A stretch of DNA of 64,000 nucleotides from a virus (Duplodnaviria; Caudoviricetes), in the IMG/VR virus record IMGVR_UViG_3300046615_000451, positions 19,357 through 83,356 of that record. The stretch is one strand, 5' to 3'. Of this stretch, positions 63,279 through 64,000 are shown in pieces. Under the pieces are notes generated by a model. It had not been told where the DNA came from. It made no database searches and was given only the letters and a program-made list of their open reading frames with translations. Position numbers and translations under genes: made by a program. Within the stretch, counting starts at the first letter, position 1. Each line of letters opens with the position of its first letter.

Positions 63279-63300
63279 CCCCGTTTCAACGCCTCAAAAT
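63260..63300 (+). promoter_or_regulatory. Putative late promoter (GCAAAG...CAAAAT)
   Basis: Conserved spacing. Confidence 0.6.
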
Positions 63301-63334
63301 ATGGGCTTGCATACCACTATGTAGGCCCGTATTT

Positions 63335-64000
63335 ATGCTCAATCCTCTTGAACAAGCCCGGAGCACCGCGAGGCTTTTACAGCTACGCGAGCCGCTGCTA
63401 TCGGGCAGCCTCAGTCCTATCGAACAAGCCCGCGCCACGGCCGAGGCCATCGAGCTGCACGGGGCGCTGCTGGATGCCCTCCCGGAATCAACACCAAACC
63501 CCCTTAACGCCTTGGAGTTAATGCGCTTTAGCGCTGAGCTTCTGACGGTGCGCGCCAACCTGGAAGCCGGCAAGCTCAGCCCGATTGAGCAGGTTCGCGC
63601 CAGTGCCCGAGGTTTGGAGCTGCGCGGCCTGCTGGGCTCCGCTCGACGCCCGCAACGGCGCCGGCAAGCTGAGCCCGCCAATACCATGCGGGTGTTGGTC
63701 ACGGGCACAATCGCGCAGAAAAACGGCGGTCTGCTCGTTACCGGCAACTCGCTGGCGCTGTCGGCCTATGCCACGGCCTACATGGATCAGGCCAAGTTCA
63801 CCATGACGGCGGACGGCCTGCTATTCACCAAAGCTCAGGCCCGAGCAGCAAAGGCACTGCCAACCACGCAAGAAATCCTGCCGTCTGGCGCTGTGCTCTA
63901 CACCTATGTCGATCCTGAAGGCGTGGCGGTGGCGTTCAAGGGCGATATTTCCGGGATTGCCCGCGACTTGCCGAACCTGAAAAGCTTGATGGCGCAGGAA
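63335..64000 (+). CDS. Late gene running off the window; N-terminal L[SN]P[IL]EQ helical repeats (possible capsid-internal Dar-type protein)
   Basis: Manual translation gives 222 open codons; LNPLEQAR, LSPIEQAR, LNALELMR, LSPIEQVR. Confidence 0.65.
   Translation, partial: MLNPLEQARSTARLLQLREPLLSGSLSPIEQARATAEAIELHGALLDALPESTPNPLNALELMRFSAELLTVRANLEAGKLSPIEQVRASARGLELRGLLGSARRPQRRRQAEPANTMRVLVTGTIAQKNGGLLVTGNSLALSAYATAYMDQAKFTMTADGLLFTKAQARAAKALPTTQEILPSGAVLYTYVDPEGVAVAFKGDISGIARDLPNLKSLMAQE

Noticed and set aside
63630-63680. Arg-rich RRPQRRRQ segment suggesting a compensated frameshift (an alternative frame reads STPATAPA)
   Set aside because: The ORF stays open; a real sequence cannot be told from a local error without homologues or reads.
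1-64000. tRNA, rRNA, integrase, transposase, reverse transcriptase, Cin invertase, c4 RNA, LexA box
   Set aside because: No recognisable signature found by eye; a covariance-model search could still reveal small RNAs.

Overview
This 64-kb window (GC-rich, Pseudomonas-like gene content) is part of a P1-like phage-plasmid. Almost all real genes are on the + strand. From left to right: (1) a phage-type HTH replication initiator with internal palindromic iterons, Ref nuclease, dUTPase and a long run of small accessory genes (1-21 kb) interrupted by a RelE/HigB-XRE toxin-antitoxin pair; (2) small and large terminase genes, separated by accessory genes that include a truncated terminase paralogue lacking the catalytic motifs; (3) NdpA, LytTR and Cro-like genes; (4) P1-like morphogenesis genes: portal, Pro protease, tape-measure/GH19 fusion, baseplate, tail fibre, spike; (5) a plasmid replicon (RPA-family RepA, five direct iterons plus one inverted, DnaA box), an orphan HigA and a ParF/ParG-like partition pair; (6) Hdf and a giant polyvalent DarA; (7) a secreted SNase and a cassette of small early-type genes. 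No capsid, sheath, integrase, invertase, tRNA or CRISPR is visible in the window. The main observations read directly from the sequence are: a conserved GCAAA-N30-xAxxxT promoter-like motif in front of nine late-type genes; an 8-bp-periodic parH-like box array at seven dispersed sites; a pseudo-terminase; and a recurring [ML][MLT]D[SA] motif in predicted head proteins. All family assignments come from motif recognition and memory, without database searches.
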